A stretch of 42,187 nt of DNA from Puniceicoccales bacterium. GTDB taxonomy: Bacteria > Verrucomicrobiota > Verrucomicrobiia > Opitutales > JAIRLG01. Position 1 is the first letter of the stretch. The number at the start of each line of letters is the position of its first letter. The translations under genes were made by a program, and so were the position numbers. Shown piece after piece: positions 16,386 to 28,071 of this stretch. The DNA lies in NCBI GenBank assembly GCA_031279255.1, contig JAITIW010000048.1:1-42187 (forward strand). Direction: 5' to 3'. The notes beneath the pieces were generated by a model. The model searched no databases and was not told where the DNA came from. It worked only from the letters and a program-made list of their open reading frames with translations.

Positions 16386-19300
16386 ATGTCGCATCGTATT
16401 TCATTCGGAAAGCTAAAAGAAGTTATTGCTCCGCCTAATCTTATTGAAATTCAGCTCCAGTCTTTTGCTGATTTTTTGCAGAAGGATGTGGCTCCTGAAA
16501 AGAGACGTGCCGTCGGATTGCAGGCCGTTTTCCAGGAGGCGTTTCCCATCGAGGATTATGGCGGAAATTGCCGCTTGGAATATGTGGCTTATCGTTTGGG
16601 CGAGACGCGCCATACGCAGGATTATTGTATCCGGGAGGGCATCACCTATGCGCTGCCTCTGTATGTCACATTGCGAGTTCGCGAGGGCGAGGAAGCGCGG
16701 CAGGAAGAGGTGTATTTCGGTGAATTACCGGTCATGGGAAATCGCGGTTCATTCGTCATCAACGGAGCCGAACGCGTCGTCGTGAGTCAATTGCATCGCT
16801 CACCGGGTATTTGTTTTGAGGCTACAACACACACGAGCGGGAAAATATTATATGCTTTTCGCATGATTCCTGATCATGGAACATGGATTGAGGTCCAGTT
16901 CGATCCCAATGATCTCATGTATGTCTATCTGGATCGCCGCCGCCGTCGTCGTAAATTCCTCGTCACGACATTATTGCGAGCCATGGGTTTTGGTTCCAAT
17001 CGCGATGTCTTGAATCTTTTCTATAAGGTTGAAGAGAAGAAGGTCTCGGTATTGATGCGAAAGTCCGATGTTTCCAGTCTGCTTCTGGTCGAAGATGTGG
17101 TCGATGCCAAGGAGGGAATTGTGTTGGCGCGGGCCTATGAATCTTTGTCGAAGACGACCCTGAAGGCGTTCGAAGCCGCTGCCATCGAGAAGGTTGAGGT
17201 ATTTGACGCATCCGTCGATGACGGCATGGTCATACGTAGTTTGGAACGCGATACGGCACATAATCAAGAGGAAGCTTTGCGGGAAATTTACAAGCGTTTG
17301 CGCCCGGGCGAGCCTGTCACATTGGCCGGAGCGACATCAATGTTTCAGTATTTATTCAGCGATTCACGGCGCTATGATTTGGGACGTGTTGGGCGTTATA
17401 AGATCAATCAGCGCCTCCATTTGACAAAAAATTTGGAAAATCGTCTCGTTGATGTCGTCGATGTTGTGGCGGCGACGAAATACCTCTGTGGCCTCCGGAA
17501 GGGCGAAGGTTTTCTGGATATGGTGGATCATTTGGGGAATCGTCGCGTACGCTCAGTGGGTGAATTATTGGTCAATCAATGTCGCGTTGGACTCACTCGT
17601 ATGGAGCGCATCATTCGTGAGAGGCTATCGCTTTATGAGCAAACTGTCGATTCGTTGTCGCCGCAGCGTCTCGTGAATCCCAGAATTTTCATGGGTCTCT
17701 TGCGCGATTTCTTCGCACGTAGTCAATTGTCGCAGCTGCTGGATCAGATCAATCCCCTCTCGGAAATCGCCCATAAGCGACGCCTTTCGGCCCTCGGACC
17801 AGGGGGATTAAATCGCGATCGTGCCGGATTCGAAGCGCGTGACGTGCAGCCCTCGCATTATGGTCGTATCTGTCCCATCGAGACGCCGGAAGGTGCGAAC
17901 ATCGGCCTCATCAATTCGTTGAGTATTTATGCACGTCTCAATGAATTCGGTCTACTGGAAACGCCATATCGCGTGGTGAAGGGAGGCGTCGTGAAGGATG
18001 AAGTGGCGTATCTGGATGCTTCTCAGGATGAGCATTTGATGGTGGCTCAGGCGCATTCTGAAATGGACAAAGCGGGAAAATTGCAGGGGAAAGTCATTGT
18101 CCGCCAGGAGGATCAAGTCCTGGAAGTGGAGCCGGATGCCGTCAGCTATATCGATATATCTCCGAAACAAGTGATATCCGTAGCCGCTGGTCTCATTCCT
18201 TTCTTGGAACACGATGATCCTGTCCGGGCCTTGATGGGTTCAAATATGCAACGTCAGGGAGTACCGCTCTTGGTGCCGCAGGCGCCGCTGGTGGGGACGG
18301 GTATTGAAGACAGAGTGGCGTGCGATTCTCAGCAATTGGTGATGTCCCTCAGCGAAGGTATTGTGGCATCCGCAGATGCGAAGCAGATCATCGTATCGCC
18401 GGACGGTACGCTGCCAAAACATTTCGATCCCGTAAAAAATGTACCCACTCGGTCCGGTATCCATGTGTATAAATTGCGCAAATTTGTCCGTTCCAATGCG
18501 GCGACTTGTTTCAATCAGCATCCGATTGTGAAAAAGGGCCAAGCGGTGCAGGTGAGAACAGTGTTGGCGGATGGGGCCTCGACGGATCAGGGTGAGCTCG
18601 CTTTGGGCCGTAATGTCGTCGTCGCGTTCATGCTTTGGGATGGCTACAATTTTGAGGATGCGATCATTTTGAATGAGCGGATGGTGAATGAGGATATCTT
18701 CACATCGATTCACATCGAGGAATTTGAGTGCGTGGCGCGTGATACCAAGTTGGGTGAGGAGGAAATTACGCGCGATATTCCCAATTTAGGAGAGGAAACT
18801 CTGCGGCGTCTAGATCGCGATGGAGTCATTCGCGTCGGTTCAGAAGTAAAACCGGGAGATGTTCTCGTGGGGAAAATCACGCCCAAGGGTGAAACAGAAT
18901 TGGCTCCGGAGGAGAAATTATTGCGCGCGATCTTTGGAGAAAAGGCATCGGATGTGAAGGATTCATCATTGGTCGTTCCGCCAGGATGCTATGGTGTGGT
19001 CATGGATGTCCGGATATCGGGTTATGCCGATGAGAGCCAGAGAGAGATTTCACCTTCCAGTATACAGCGCCACATCAAGCGCGTCAATGAAGAATTTCGT
19101 GAACAGGAAGATCGTCTGCGCAATGATTTGACGGAGGCTTTGTCGAGTATTCTTTTGGGAGAAAAAATTCCGTTGGATATTCGTAACGGTGAAACGCAGG
19201 AGGTCGTGATTCCGGCTAATCGTAAGATCACTAAGACGCTTTTACGTCGTTTAGCGGCCTGCTCGGAGCATGTCGAAACAGAACCATCGCCGGTACGCAA

Positions 19301-20159
19301 TCGTATCATGGAGATCATCGATGCCTACCGCTATCGGTTTAAGGAATTGGAGCAGGAACGTGTGCGTAAGATAGCCCTAGTAGAGGCTGGTAGTTTGGGA
19401 GAAAGCGGTGTCATCAAGAGCGTTAAGGTCTTTATTGCGACAAAGCGTAAGATTCAAGTAGGTGATAAGATGGCCGGTCGGCATGGCAATAAAGGTGTTG
19501 TTTCCTGTATTGTCAAGCAGGAGGACATGCCATTTCTTCCGGATGGGACGCCGGTCGATGTCATTTTAAACCCTCTCGGAGTTCCAAGTCGCATGAATGT
19601 GGGCCAGGTTTTCGAAACGCATCTTGGTTGGGCGTGTCAAAAATTGGGTATTGCGATCGCTACGCCGGTTTTCGATGGTGCTTCGGAGGCAGACATACAG
19701 GAGTATTTGCAGAAAGCGGGTTTACCTATTTCGGGCAAGACGAAGCTATATGATGGGCGTACGGGAGAGGCGTTTGAACAGGAAGTAGCCGTGGGCGTCC
19801 TTTACATGATGAAACTGAATCATCTCGTGGCGGATAAAATTCATGCCCGTGCCGTCGGGCCTTACAGCTTAGTGACGCAGCAGCCCTTGGGCGGCAAGGC
19901 ACAATTCGGTGGTCAGCGCTTTGGTGAGATGGAAGTATGGGCACTGGAGGCTTATGGAGCCGCCTATACACTTCAGGAGCTTTTGACCGTTAAGTCAGAC
20001 GACATTCAGGGTCGAACGAAGATTTATGAATCCATTGTGAAAGGTGACAATACGTTGCAGGCGGGAATACCGCAGTCATTCAATGTCTTGATGAAGGAAC
20101 TGCAGAGTTTGTGTTTGGATATCCGCCTGGAAAGTGAAGAGCATTTCCCCATGCCATGA
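16386..20159 (+). CDS. rpoB: RNA polymerase beta subunit
   Basis: INGAERVVVSQLHRSPG, HKRRLSALGPGGL, GDKMAGRHGNKG, GGQRFGEME. Start at ATG 16386 (or GTG 16371). Confidence 0.99.
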   Translation: MSHRISFGKLKEVIAPPNLIEIQLQSFADFLQKDVAPEKRRAVGLQAVFQEAFPIEDYGGNCRLEYVAYRLGETRHTQDYCIREGITYALPLYVTLRVREGEEARQEEVYFGELPVMGNRGSFVINGAERVVVSQLHRSPGICFEATTHTSGKILYAFRMIPDHGTWIEVQFDPNDLMYVYLDRRRRRRKFLVTTLLRAMGFGSNRDVLNLFYKVEEKKVSVLMRKSDVSSLLLVEDVVDAKEGIVLARAYESLSKTTLKAFEAAAIEKVEVFDASVDDGMVIRSLERDTAHNQEEALREIYKRLRPGEPVTLAGATSMFQYLFSDSRRYDLGRVGRYKINQRLHLTKNLENRLVDVVDVVAATKYLCGLRKGEGFLDMVDHLGNRRVRSVGELLVNQCRVGLTRMERIIRERLSLYEQTVDSLSPQRLVNPRIFMGLLRDFFARSQLSQLLDQINPLSEIAHKRRLSALGPGGLNRDRAGFEARDVQPSHYGRICPIETPEGANIGLINSLSIYARLNEFGLLETPYRVVKGGVVKDEVAYLDASQDEHLMVAQAHSEMDKAGKLQGKVIVRQEDQVLEVEPDAVSYIDISPKQVISVAAGLIPFLEHDDPVRALMGSNMQRQGVPLLVPQAPLVGTGIEDRVACDSQQLVMSLSEGIVASADAKQIIVSPDGTLPKHFDPVKNVPTRSGIHVYKLRKFVRSNAATCFNQHPIVKKGQAVQVRTVLADGASTDQGELALGRNVVVAFMLWDGYNFEDAIILNERMVNEDIFTSIHIEEFECVARDTKLGEEEITRDIPNLGEETLRRLDRDGVIRVGSEVKPGDVLVGKITPKGETELAPEEKLLRAIFGEKASDVKDSSLVVPPGCYGVVMDVRISGYADESQREISPSSIQRHIKRVNEEFREQEDRLRNDLTEALSSILLGEKIPLDIRNGETQEVVIPANRKITKTLLRRLAACSEHVETEPSPVRNRIMEIIDAYRYRFKELEQERVRKIALVEAGSLGESGVIKSVKVFIATKRKIQVGDKMAGRHGNKGVVSCIVKQEDMPFLPDGTPVDVILNPLGVPSRMNVGQVFETHLGWACQKLGIAIATPVFDGASEADIQEYLQKAGLPISGKTKLYDGRTGEAFEQEVAVGVLYMMKLNHLVADKIHARAVGPYSLVTQQPLGGKAQFGGQRFGEMEVWALEAYGAAYTLQELLTVKSDDIQGRTKIYESIVKGDNTLQAGIPQSFNVLMKELQSLCLDIRLESEEHFPMP

Positions 20160-20174
20160 AATGCCGAATTTTGT

Positions 20175-23100
20175 ATGAGCAATAACGAAGAGATAAAGAA
20201 ATTTTTAGGCTTCAGCGAGACAAGTGATTTCGATCACGTAGAAATTTCCGTCGCGTCGCCGGATGCCATCCGTTCCTGGTCGAGTGGGGAGATCAAAAAT
20301 CCCGAGACGATTAATTATCGTACCTTTAGGCCAGAAGTGGGTGGCCTCTTTTGTCAGCGTATTTTCGGGCCTGTACGCGATTATGAATGCGCATGCGGCA
20401 AATATAAGCGCATCAAGTACAAGGGCGTTGTCTGTGAACGTTGTGGAGTGGAGGTGACATTATCGCGCGTACGTCGTGAACGCATGGGGCATATCGAGCT
20501 CGCGATTCCGGTTTCTCACATCTGGTTTCTGAAAAGTTTACCCAGTCGTTTGGGACTTTTTATGGGCATCAGCAGTCGAGATTTGGAGCGCGTTATCTAT
20601 TTCGAGAACTATATGGTGACGGATCCTGGATCGACGACCTTGAAGAAGGGACAGCTCCTGTCGGAACAGGAATATGTGCGTTTTCAGGAGGAGTATGGGG
20701 CCGATGCCTTTACGGCCAAGATGGGAGCAACGGCGATTCGGGATATCTTGTGCGAAAAGGATCTTGAGGAGATGGCATCCGAAATCCAGGAAGAACTCTA
20801 TCATACTCGCTCCAAGCAGACGAAGCAGCGATTGGTACAACGCTTAAAATTAGTATCAGGTTTTCTGAAATCAGGAGCTCGTCCGGAATGGATGGTTCTA
20901 GAGGCACTGCCGATTCTTCCTCCGGATTTAAGGCCATTGATTCCACTGGAAGGGGGGCGCTTTGCCACGAGTGATTTCAATGACCTTTATCGCCGTGTTA
21001 TCAGCCGTAATAATCGTCTTAAGAGCCTGCTGCAACTCAAGACACCGGACGTCATTGTACACAACGAGATGCGCATGCTGCAGGAAGCGGTGGATGCTCT
21101 GTTCGATAATGGACGTCATGGACGAGCTGTATTGGGTTCCGGCAATCGTCCACTCAAGTCTCTCAGCGAGATGTTGAAGGGCAAACAGGGACGTTTTCGG
21201 CAAAATTTATTGGGTAAGCGCGTCGATTACAGCGGTCGTTCCGTCATCGTCATTGGGCCTAAACTGAAGTTACATCAGTGCGGACTTCCGAAAAAAATGG
21301 CCTTGGTGCTCTTCGAACCCTTTATTATCCGTCGTTTGAGGGAATTGGGCTTTGTCCATACGGTTCGCAGTGCTCGTAAGATGATCGAAAAGCAATCGCC
21401 GGAAGTATGGGATATTTTGGAAGAAGTTACGAAAGGACATCCGATTTTACTCAATCGAGCGCCGACATTGCATCGCCTATCGATTCAAGCATTTGAACCG
21501 GTCCTGATCGAAGGAGATGCGATTCGACTTCATCCATTGGTTTGTGCCGCTTTCAATGCGGATTTCGATGGTGATCAGATGGCCGTCCATGTCCCGCTTT
21601 CGTTAGAAGCCGTCGCGGAATGTAAGACGATGATGTTGGCCTCGCATAATCTCTTCGCACCGTCGAGCGGTAAGTCCATTTTAACGCCTTCGCAGGATAT
21701 TGTTCTCGGTATTTATTATCTGACATGTGCTCCTAAACCGATGGAGCAGCAGATGCATTTCCCGTTGATGGGCAGTATCGATGAGGTATTATTGGCGGAG
21801 GCGAATAGAGCAGTCCGCAGGAGCGATTGGATCGATTTGGCAAATCCTGACTACGGAAAGGAAACACGTTATGGGGATAGCCATAAACATATCATACGGA
21901 CGACGGTGGGGCGAGTGATTTTAAATAGTGTTTTGCCGAGAGATTTGGGTTTTATCAATAAACCGATCGCCAAAGGAGCGCTGAGTGAGCTGGTGATGGA
22001 CATCTATAAAGTAGTCGGTAAGGCAAAATCCGTCCTTATTTTGGACGCTGTGAAGAATCTCGGCTTTATGGAATCCACCTATGCTGGGCTTTCTATCAGC
22101 GTGGCCGATATGATAATCCCGAAGACAAAAGAGGCCTTACTTTCGGTCGCGCGTCAGAAGGTTTCAAATGTCGAAATGCAGTATAAGAAAGGTGTTTTGA
22201 CGAAGGGAGAGCGGCGCAGCAAAGTCATTGATATTTGGACGAATACGACGGATGAAGTGGCCGATGAGACCTTCAAGAGCCTGGCGAAAGGTTCGGCCAT
22301 GGGTGAGGTCAATTCCGTCTATCTGATGATGGATTCGGGCGCACGCGGTAATCGTCAACAGGTGCGGCAATTGTGCGGTATGCGCGGATTGATGGCCACA
22401 CCTTCGGGCGAAATTATCGAACGGCCGATTGTAGCCTCTTTCCGTGAGGGGTTATCGGTTCCGGAGTATTTTATCGCGACACATGGGGCTCGTAAGGGCT
22501 TGACGGATACGGCTCTGAAGACAGCCGATGCGGGTTATTTGACACGTAAACTCTGCGATGTGGCGATGGATGTCGTCGTCACCGATGAAGTGGATGCCGG
22601 CTCCCAAGGCATTTGGAAACAAGCCATTATCGATGGAGATGAGGAAATTGTCAGTTTAACGGATCGTATCGTGGGGCGCTGTGTGGCCGAAAATGTTATC
22701 CATCCGGCCAGCGGAGAGCTCATCGCCGAAAGAGGGCAACTCGTCACGCCCGATGTGGCGCATCATATCGAGCAGTGTGGCATCGAACGTGTGAAGATAT
22801 TATCGCCCCTGACGGGTACCCATCGCAATCGGATTGCGCCCCAGGCTTATGGTATCGACCCGGCCACCAACAGTATGGTTCAAAAAGGTTCAGCGGTTGG
22901 GATTGTGGCGGCTCAATCGATTGGCGAACCGGGTACACAATTGACATTGCGCACGTTCCATATCGGTGGTGTGGCCAGTCAAGTGCTGAAGAATCCGGAA
23001 TACCGTACGCGCCATAAGGGAAAAGTATGCTATAAGGATCTTCGTTGCGTATCAGCGGAAAATAATCTGCACGTCGTCCTGAGTAAGACCGGTGCCGTGA

Positions 23101-24305
23101 GCCTAGAAGATGCGGATGGAAATGAATTGGAGCGCTACAGCATGACCGTTGGGACTGTGTTGATGGTGCCCGATGGCGTTGAGGTGGAAAAGGGAACCGT
23201 CATCGCCATGTGGGACCCGTATCACATTCCCATTCTTTCGGAACACGGCGGTATCATTCATTTTAAAGATATCATTGCCGGTGTGACTGTCAAACAGGAT
23301 GTCGACAACACATCGGGTCGTATGGCGATGATTGTCGTGGAGCATAAGGAAGATCTCAATCCGCGCTTCGAAGTGGTCAAAAATGCGGCGAAAGGAGAGG
23401 AGAAGCAAATTCTAGCGGTTTACAGTATTCCCATAGGGGCGCAAATTGTGGTGAATGATGGCGATCGTATCGTCGCAGGAGCTCTTCTGGCCAAGACGCC
23501 ACGCCTGACATCACGTACACAGGATATTACAGGTGGTCTGCCGCGTATTGTGGAATTGTTGGAAGCTCGGAAGCCAAAGGAAGTGGCCGAAATGGCCAAG
23601 ATCGATGGCATTGTCTCTTTCGGGGCACCGGTACGCAATAAAAAACGCCTATGGGTAACGGATTCGGAATCCGATCGTCGAGAGGAGCATTTGATCCCTC
23701 GGGAAGTGCATACTATTGTCCATGAGGGTGATTTTGTCAGTCGCGGACAGCACTTGACAGAAGGTGCGGCGGATCCTCATGAGATCTTGCAGATTTTAGG
23801 TGTGGCGCATACGCAGGAGTACATCATTTCTGAAATCCAAAAAGTCTATCGATCGCAAGGGGTTGTGATCAATGATAAGCATATCGAGATCATCGTGTCG
23901 CGTATGCTACGCAAGGTTCGCGTGACGGATACGGGCGATACGGATTTCTTCTGGGGAGAGCAGGTCGATCGCGAACATTTCATGAAGGAAAATGAAAAGG
24001 TCATCGTGGCCGGAGGAAAAGCAGGCGAAGCAGAACCTATACTGCAAGGTATTACAAAGGCTTCGCTGGAAACAGAGAGCTTTATTTCGGCCGCTTCGTT
24101 CCAGGAAACGACGCGGGTTTTGACCGATGCGGCGACCTTGGGCAAGATCGATCGCCTACGTGGGTTCAAGGAAAATGTCATCATGGGCCATTTGATTCCG
24201 GCCGGGACGGGTTATCCGTCATATCGCCATTTAAAGGCGAAACCGGTGGATGACTCCGATGATTTTGGGCAAGAGTATGCGGTGGAAAGGGCATTGGGAG
24301 GTTGA
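20175..24305 (+). CDS. rpoC: RNA polymerase beta' subunit
   Basis: Zn finger [32 protein letters not shown]. Confidence 0.99.
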   Translation: MSNNEEIKKFLGFSETSDFDHVEISVASPDAIRSWSSGEIKNPETINYRTFRPEVGGLFCQRIFGPVRDYECACGKYKRIKYKGVVCERCGVEVTLSRVRRERMGHIELAIPVSHIWFLKSLPSRLGLFMGISSRDLERVIYFENYMVTDPGSTTLKKGQLLSEQEYVRFQEEYGADAFTAKMGATAIRDILCEKDLEEMASEIQEELYHTRSKQTKQRLVQRLKLVSGFLKSGARPEWMVLEALPILPPDLRPLIPLEGGRFATSDFNDLYRRVISRNNRLKSLLQLKTPDVIVHNEMRMLQEAVDALFDNGRHGRAVLGSGNRPLKSLSEMLKGKQGRFRQNLLGKRVDYSGRSVIVIGPKLKLHQCGLPKKMALVLFEPFIIRRLRELGFVHTVRSARKMIEKQSPEVWDILEEVTKGHPILLNRAPTLHRLSIQAFEPVLIEGDAIRLHPLVCAAFNADFDGDQMAVHVPLSLEAVAECKTMMLASHNLFAPSSGKSILTPSQDIVLGIYYLTCAPKPMEQQMHFPLMGSIDEVLLAEANRAVRRSDWIDLANPDYGKETRYGDSHKHIIRTTVGRVILNSVLPRDLGFINKPIAKGALSELVMDIYKVVGKAKSVLILDAVKNLGFMESTYAGLSISVADMIIPKTKEALLSVARQKVSNVEMQYKKGVLTKGERRSKVIDIWTNTTDEVADETFKSLAKGSAMGEVNSVYLMMDSGARGNRQQVRQLCGMRGLMATPSGEIIERPIVASFREGLSVPEYFIATHGARKGLTDTALKTADAGYLTRKLCDVAMDVVVTDEVDAGSQGIWKQAIIDGDEEIVSLTDRIVGRCVAENVIHPASGELIAERGQLVTPDVAHHIEQCGIERVKILSPLTGTHRNRIAPQAYGIDPATNSMVQKGSAVGIVAAQSIGEPGTQLTLRTFHIGGVASQVLKNPEYRTRHKGKVCYKDLRCVSAENNLHVVLSKTGAVSLEDADGNELERYSMTVGTVLMVPDGVEVEKGTVIAMWDPYHIPILSEHGGIIHFKDIIAGVTVKQDVDNTSGRMAMIVVEHKEDLNPRFEVVKNAAKGEEKQILAVYSIPIGAQIVVNDGDRIVAGALLAKTPRLTSRTQDITGGLPRIVELLEARKPKEVAEMAKIDGIVSFGAPVRNKKRLWVTDSESDRREEHLIPREVHTIVHEGDFVSRGQHLTEGAADPHEILQILGVAHTQEYIISEIQKVYRSQGVVINDKHIEIIVSRMLRKVRVTDTGDTDFFWGEQVDREHFMKENEKVIVAGGKAGEAEPILQGITKASLETESFISAASFQETTRVLTDAATLGKIDRLRGFKENVIMGHLIPAGTGYPSYRHLKAKPVDDSDDFGQEYAVERALGG

Positions 24306-24333
24306 AGTGGCGTGTTTCAGGGTGCGAGGATAA

Positions 24334-24421
24334 GCCCGCCTTTGCGATGAAAAATGAAGATTTTTATTTTTCTATCGCGGCCCGCAAAGCGGGCAAGGGT
24401 CCGAAGGGCCCAAAGGCGGGC
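24334..24421. repeat. Cloverleaf palindromic element, copy D (inverted relative to B)
   Basis: Closing stem GCCCGCCTTTG/CAAAGGCGGGC; AT-rich arm, GCCCGC-AAA-GCGGGC, GGGTCC-GAA-GGGCCC. Confidence 0.85.
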
Positions 24422-24604
24422 AGGAAGCAAGAGAGTCTAAGGTGTCGTGTGGAGAAAAATTCTAGTCGATAGAAATACAGTCCGGTGGCCAAAATGAGAG
24501 AAAGTGAATATTTATGTGATTTTTTATGGAATAAAGGCTTGCTTCTCCAAGTGGGAGTTCTAGCGTGCCCTCTTCTGAAAAAGAAAGTTTTGTTTATTTA
24601 AAGG

Positions 24605-25000
24605 ATGCCTACCATCAATCAATTAGTTCATAAGCCTCGTGTGCAGGTCGTAGTTAAATCGAAATCTCCGGCCTTAGGGTCGAATCCTTTTCGCCGAGGG
24701 GTCTGTGTGCAGGTCATGACGCGTACGCCGAAAAAGCCGAATTCCGCCATTCGCAAGGTGGCCAAAGTGCGCCTGACGCATGGTGGCGATGAGGTCATTG
24801 CCTATATCCCGGATGAAGGTCATAAGCTGCAGGAGCATAGTGTTGTATTGGTTCGCGGCGGCCGAGTGAAGGATTTACCGGGTGTGCGCTACCATATTGT
24901 TCGGGGCACATTGGATTGTTCCGGTGTGGAAAAACGCCGCCGCAGTCGTTCCAAGTATGGGGTCAAGCGTCCTAAGGAAGCCAAGAAAAAGGATTCATAA
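24605..25000 (+). CDS. rpsL: 30S ribosomal protein S12
   Basis: [26 protein letters not shown]. Confidence 0.99.
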   Translation: MPTINQLVHKPRVQVVVKSKSPALGSNPFRRGVCVQVMTRTPKKPNSAIRKVAKVRLTHGGDEVIAYIPDEGHKLQEHSVVLVRGGRVKDLPGVRYHIVRGTLDCSGVEKRRRSRSKYGVKRPKEAKKKDS

Positions 25001-25002
25001 CT

Positions 25003-25476
25003 ATGTCGCGTCGTAGAAGAGCCGAAAAACGTCCCATCGCAGAGGACCCGCGCTTTGGAAGTGTATTGGTGGGCCAATTGGTCAACATGATCATGGAACG
25101 TGGCAAGCGTTCTCTGGCTTGTTCCATTGTCTATCGGGCCATTGAGTTGGCGAGTGAAGAGATTGGCAAAGGTGATCCGGTGACATTGCTCCTGGGGGCA
25201 TTGGAAAATGCGCGTCCGAAATTGGAGGTCAGGAGCCGTCGTGTCGGTGGGGCGACCTATCAGATACCGGTTGAGATTCCGCCCACACGGCAACAGGCAT
25301 TGGTTTTTCGCTGGATGATTCAATCGGCACTTGGGCGTAAGGGCAAGCATATGGCGGATGCCTTGAGTCAGGAGATCATCGATGCTTATAATAATACCGG
25401 CAATGTCGTGAAGAAAAAGACGGAAGTTCATCGTATGGCGCAAGCGAATCGTGCTTTTGTCCATTTGCGTTGGTAA
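25003..25476 (+). CDS. rpsG: 30S ribosomal protein S7
   Basis: RRVGGATYQIP, HRMAQANRAF. Confidence 0.99.
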   Translation: MSRRRRAEKRPIAEDPRFGSVLVGQLVNMIMERGKRSLACSIVYRAIELASEEIGKGDPVTLLLGALENARPKLEVRSRRVGGATYQIPVEIPPTRQQALVFRWMIQSALGRKGKHMADALSQEIIDAYNNTGNVVKKKTEVHRMAQANRAFVHLRW

Positions 25477-25499
25477 TTTTTAAGAGGGAAGCGTTCGTC

Positions 25500-27653
25500 A
25501 TGGATCCTAAAGCTATTTCTCCCGTCAATTCGCCCAAGCGCAAAGTGCCCTTGGAATTCACCCGCAATATTGGTATTGCCGCTCATATCGATGCCGGTAA
25601 GACGACGACGACGGAACGCATCCTCTATTACACTGGTGTCGTTCATAAGATGGGTGAAGTGCATGAGGGAACGGCTGTGACGGATTGGATGGAACAGGAA
25701 CGCGAGCGCGGCATTACCATTACGTCGGCTGCCATCAGTTGCGGATGGACGACTCGGGAGGGCCTTTTTCGAAAAATTCCTCATCAGATCAATCTGATCG
25801 ATACCCCGGGACATGTCGATTTTACAGCCGAAGTGGAACGATCTCTTCGCGTTTTGGATGGAGCGGTGGCCGTCTTCTGTTCCGTTGCTGGTGTGCAGCC
25901 TCAATCCGAAACCGTCTGGCGACAGATGGATAAGTATCATGTGCCGAGAATTGCCTTCATCAACAAGATGGATCGCGTAGGGGCTGATTTTTTAGGAGCC
26001 GTGGAGGACATTCGCAAAAAATTGGGCGGCAATGCGCATCCGTTATTTCTAAATATCGGATCGGCAGAAGCATTTCAGGGGCTCATCGATCTCGTCAAGA
26101 TGGTCGCCTATGTCTATGATGAGACAGATCCATTGGGCGTAGCCTTTAAAGAAGTAGCTATTCCGGAATCGTACCAGAAATCAGCGAAGCAGTGGCGTGA
26201 GTCTCTACTGGAGGCGTTGGCGGATTTCGACGATGAATTGGCCATGAAGTTTTTAGAGGGCATAGCGGTCTCGTCGGATGAAATGCACCGAGCGATTCGG
26301 CGGGCAACCATTGCCATGAAGTTCATAGGGGTCATTCCGGGCAGTTCCTTCAAGAACAAAGGTGTTCAGATGCTATTGGATGCCGTCGTGAATTATTTGC
26401 CATCACCGTTGGATCTTCCGCCGATGAAGGCTTTCTGCGACGATGGGTCAGAAGTAGAAGTCCGGCCGGATGATAAGGGTGCGCTCTCGGCCTTAGGTTT
26501 TAAATTGATGACGGATCCTTACGTCGGGAAATTGGTCTTTTGCCGCGTCTATAGAGGGCAATTGCGCAAAGGAGAGGTGTTCTATAATCCCCGTACGCGC
26601 AATACGGAACGCATCAGCCGATTGATGGTTATGAAGGCAGATATGCGCGAGGACATCGATGTGGCCTATTCGGGTGATATCTGTGCCATTATCGGCGCGA
26701 AAAGCGTGATTACGGGCGATACGCTGTGCGATCGTTCTTCGGATGAAGCTCTGGAGCCCCCTACTTTCCCAAATCCGGTCATCAGCATGTCGATCGAACC
26801 TAAATCGAAGGCCGATCAAGAGAAATTGTCGTTGGCTCTGCAGCGTTTGGCAGAAGAAGACCCGACATTTCAAGTTTCATCCAATCCCGAAACGGGTCAG
26901 ACCATCATTGCTGGCATGGGGGAATTGCATCTGGACATTATCCGCGATCGTCTCTTCCGGGAGTTTAAAGTGGATGCCAATGCTGGACGGCCGCAAATTG
27001 CCTATCGCGAGACGATTACGGCATCGGCCGATGGCGAAGGCAAATTCATCCGTCAATCTGGTGGACGGGGCCAGTATGGTCATGTGGTCGTAAAAATCGA
27101 GCCGGGCGAAAAGGGTTCCGGCCTTGAGATTATCAATGAAATTGTGGGCGGTATCATTCCTAAGGAATACATCAAGCCGTCGCAGGAAGGTATTTTGGAA
27201 GGTGCGCGCAATGGTGTGATTGCAGGTTATCCGGCGATTGATATCAAGGTCAGGATTGTCGATGGTAGTTTTCACGAAGTGGATTCTTCGGAAATGGCGT
27301 TTAAGATGGCGGGTATTTTTGCCTTCAAAGATGGGATGAAGAAGGCGTCCCCTATTCTGTTGGAACCAATTATGAAAGTGGAAGTTGTGACGCCCGAGGA
27401 ATATCAGGGAGATATCATGGGAGATTTGAATCGCCGTCGTGGTCAGATTCAAAAAATGGAGATGAAGGGGTTGTTGGCGAATATCGACGCATGGGTACCG
27501 CTCGAAATGATGTTCGGCTATGCAACAGACATAAGGTCCTTGACAAAGGGACGGGCGAGTTATTCGATGGAACCATCGCATTTCGAGCAAGTCCCATCAG
27601 CGATTCTTCAGAGAATTATTGAGGCATCAACGCGGACGATTGCTCGTTCTTAA
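25500..27653 (+). CDS. fusA: Elongation factor G
   Basis: RNIGIAAHIDAGKTT, ERERGITI, DTPGHVDF; start at ATG 25500. Confidence 0.99.
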   Translation: MDPKAISPVNSPKRKVPLEFTRNIGIAAHIDAGKTTTTERILYYTGVVHKMGEVHEGTAVTDWMEQERERGITITSAAISCGWTTREGLFRKIPHQINLIDTPGHVDFTAEVERSLRVLDGAVAVFCSVAGVQPQSETVWRQMDKYHVPRIAFINKMDRVGADFLGAVEDIRKKLGGNAHPLFLNIGSAEAFQGLIDLVKMVAYVYDETDPLGVAFKEVAIPESYQKSAKQWRESLLEALADFDDELAMKFLEGIAVSSDEMHRAIRRATIAMKFIGVIPGSSFKNKGVQMLLDAVVNYLPSPLDLPPMKAFCDDGSEVEVRPDDKGALSALGFKLMTDPYVGKLVFCRVYRGQLRKGEVFYNPRTRNTERISRLMVMKADMREDIDVAYSGDICAIIGAKSVITGDTLCDRSSDEALEPPTFPNPVISMSIEPKSKADQEKLSLALQRLAEEDPTFQVSSNPETGQTIIAGMGELHLDIIRDRLFREFKVDANAGRPQIAYRETITASADGEGKFIRQSGGRGQYGHVVVKIEPGEKGSGLEIINEIVGGIIPKEYIKPSQEGILEGARNGVIAGYPAIDIKVRIVDGSFHEVDSSEMAFKMAGIFAFKDGMKKASPILLEPIMKVEVVTPEEYQGDIMGDLNRRRGQIQKMEMKGLLANIDAWVPLEMMFGYATDIRSLTKGRASYSMEPSHFEQVPSAILQRIIEASTRTIARS

Positions 27654-27659
27654 GAGAAA

Positions 27660-27974
27660 ATGGCACAGAAAATTCGTATTAAGCTAAAGAGTTTTGATCA
27701 TCGTTTGGTGGATCAGTCGGCGGCGGAAATCGTCGATGCATCGAAACGTTCCGGTGCGAGAGTGGTGGGACCTGTTCCTCTGCCGACCCGGACGGAGCGT
27801 TTTTCAGTCAACCGTTCACCTCATAAAGATAAGAAATCGATGGAGCAGTTTGAGCTGAGGACACATATGCGTTTAGCGGAAATTTATGAACCGACGGCCG
27901 ATACCATTGAATCGCTGAAACGACTCAATCTTCCTTCGGGAGTGGAAGTCAGTATCAGTACAGGATCGAAATAA
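27660..27974 (+). CDS. rpsJ: 30S ribosomal protein S10
   Basis: [25 protein letters not shown]. Confidence 0.99.
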   Translation: MAQKIRIKLKSFDHRLVDQSAAEIVDASKRSGARVVGPVPLPTRTERFSVNRSPHKDKKSMEQFELRTHMRLAEIYEPTADTIESLKRLNLPSGVEVSISTGSK

Positions 27975-28071
27975 GGGATAAAATGAAAAACACTTGACAA
28001 AATATCATCACGTCCCAGAAATCGACGAGAAAATATTTTTCTAATGCAGGTTTAACCTGCCGCTTAGAGTC

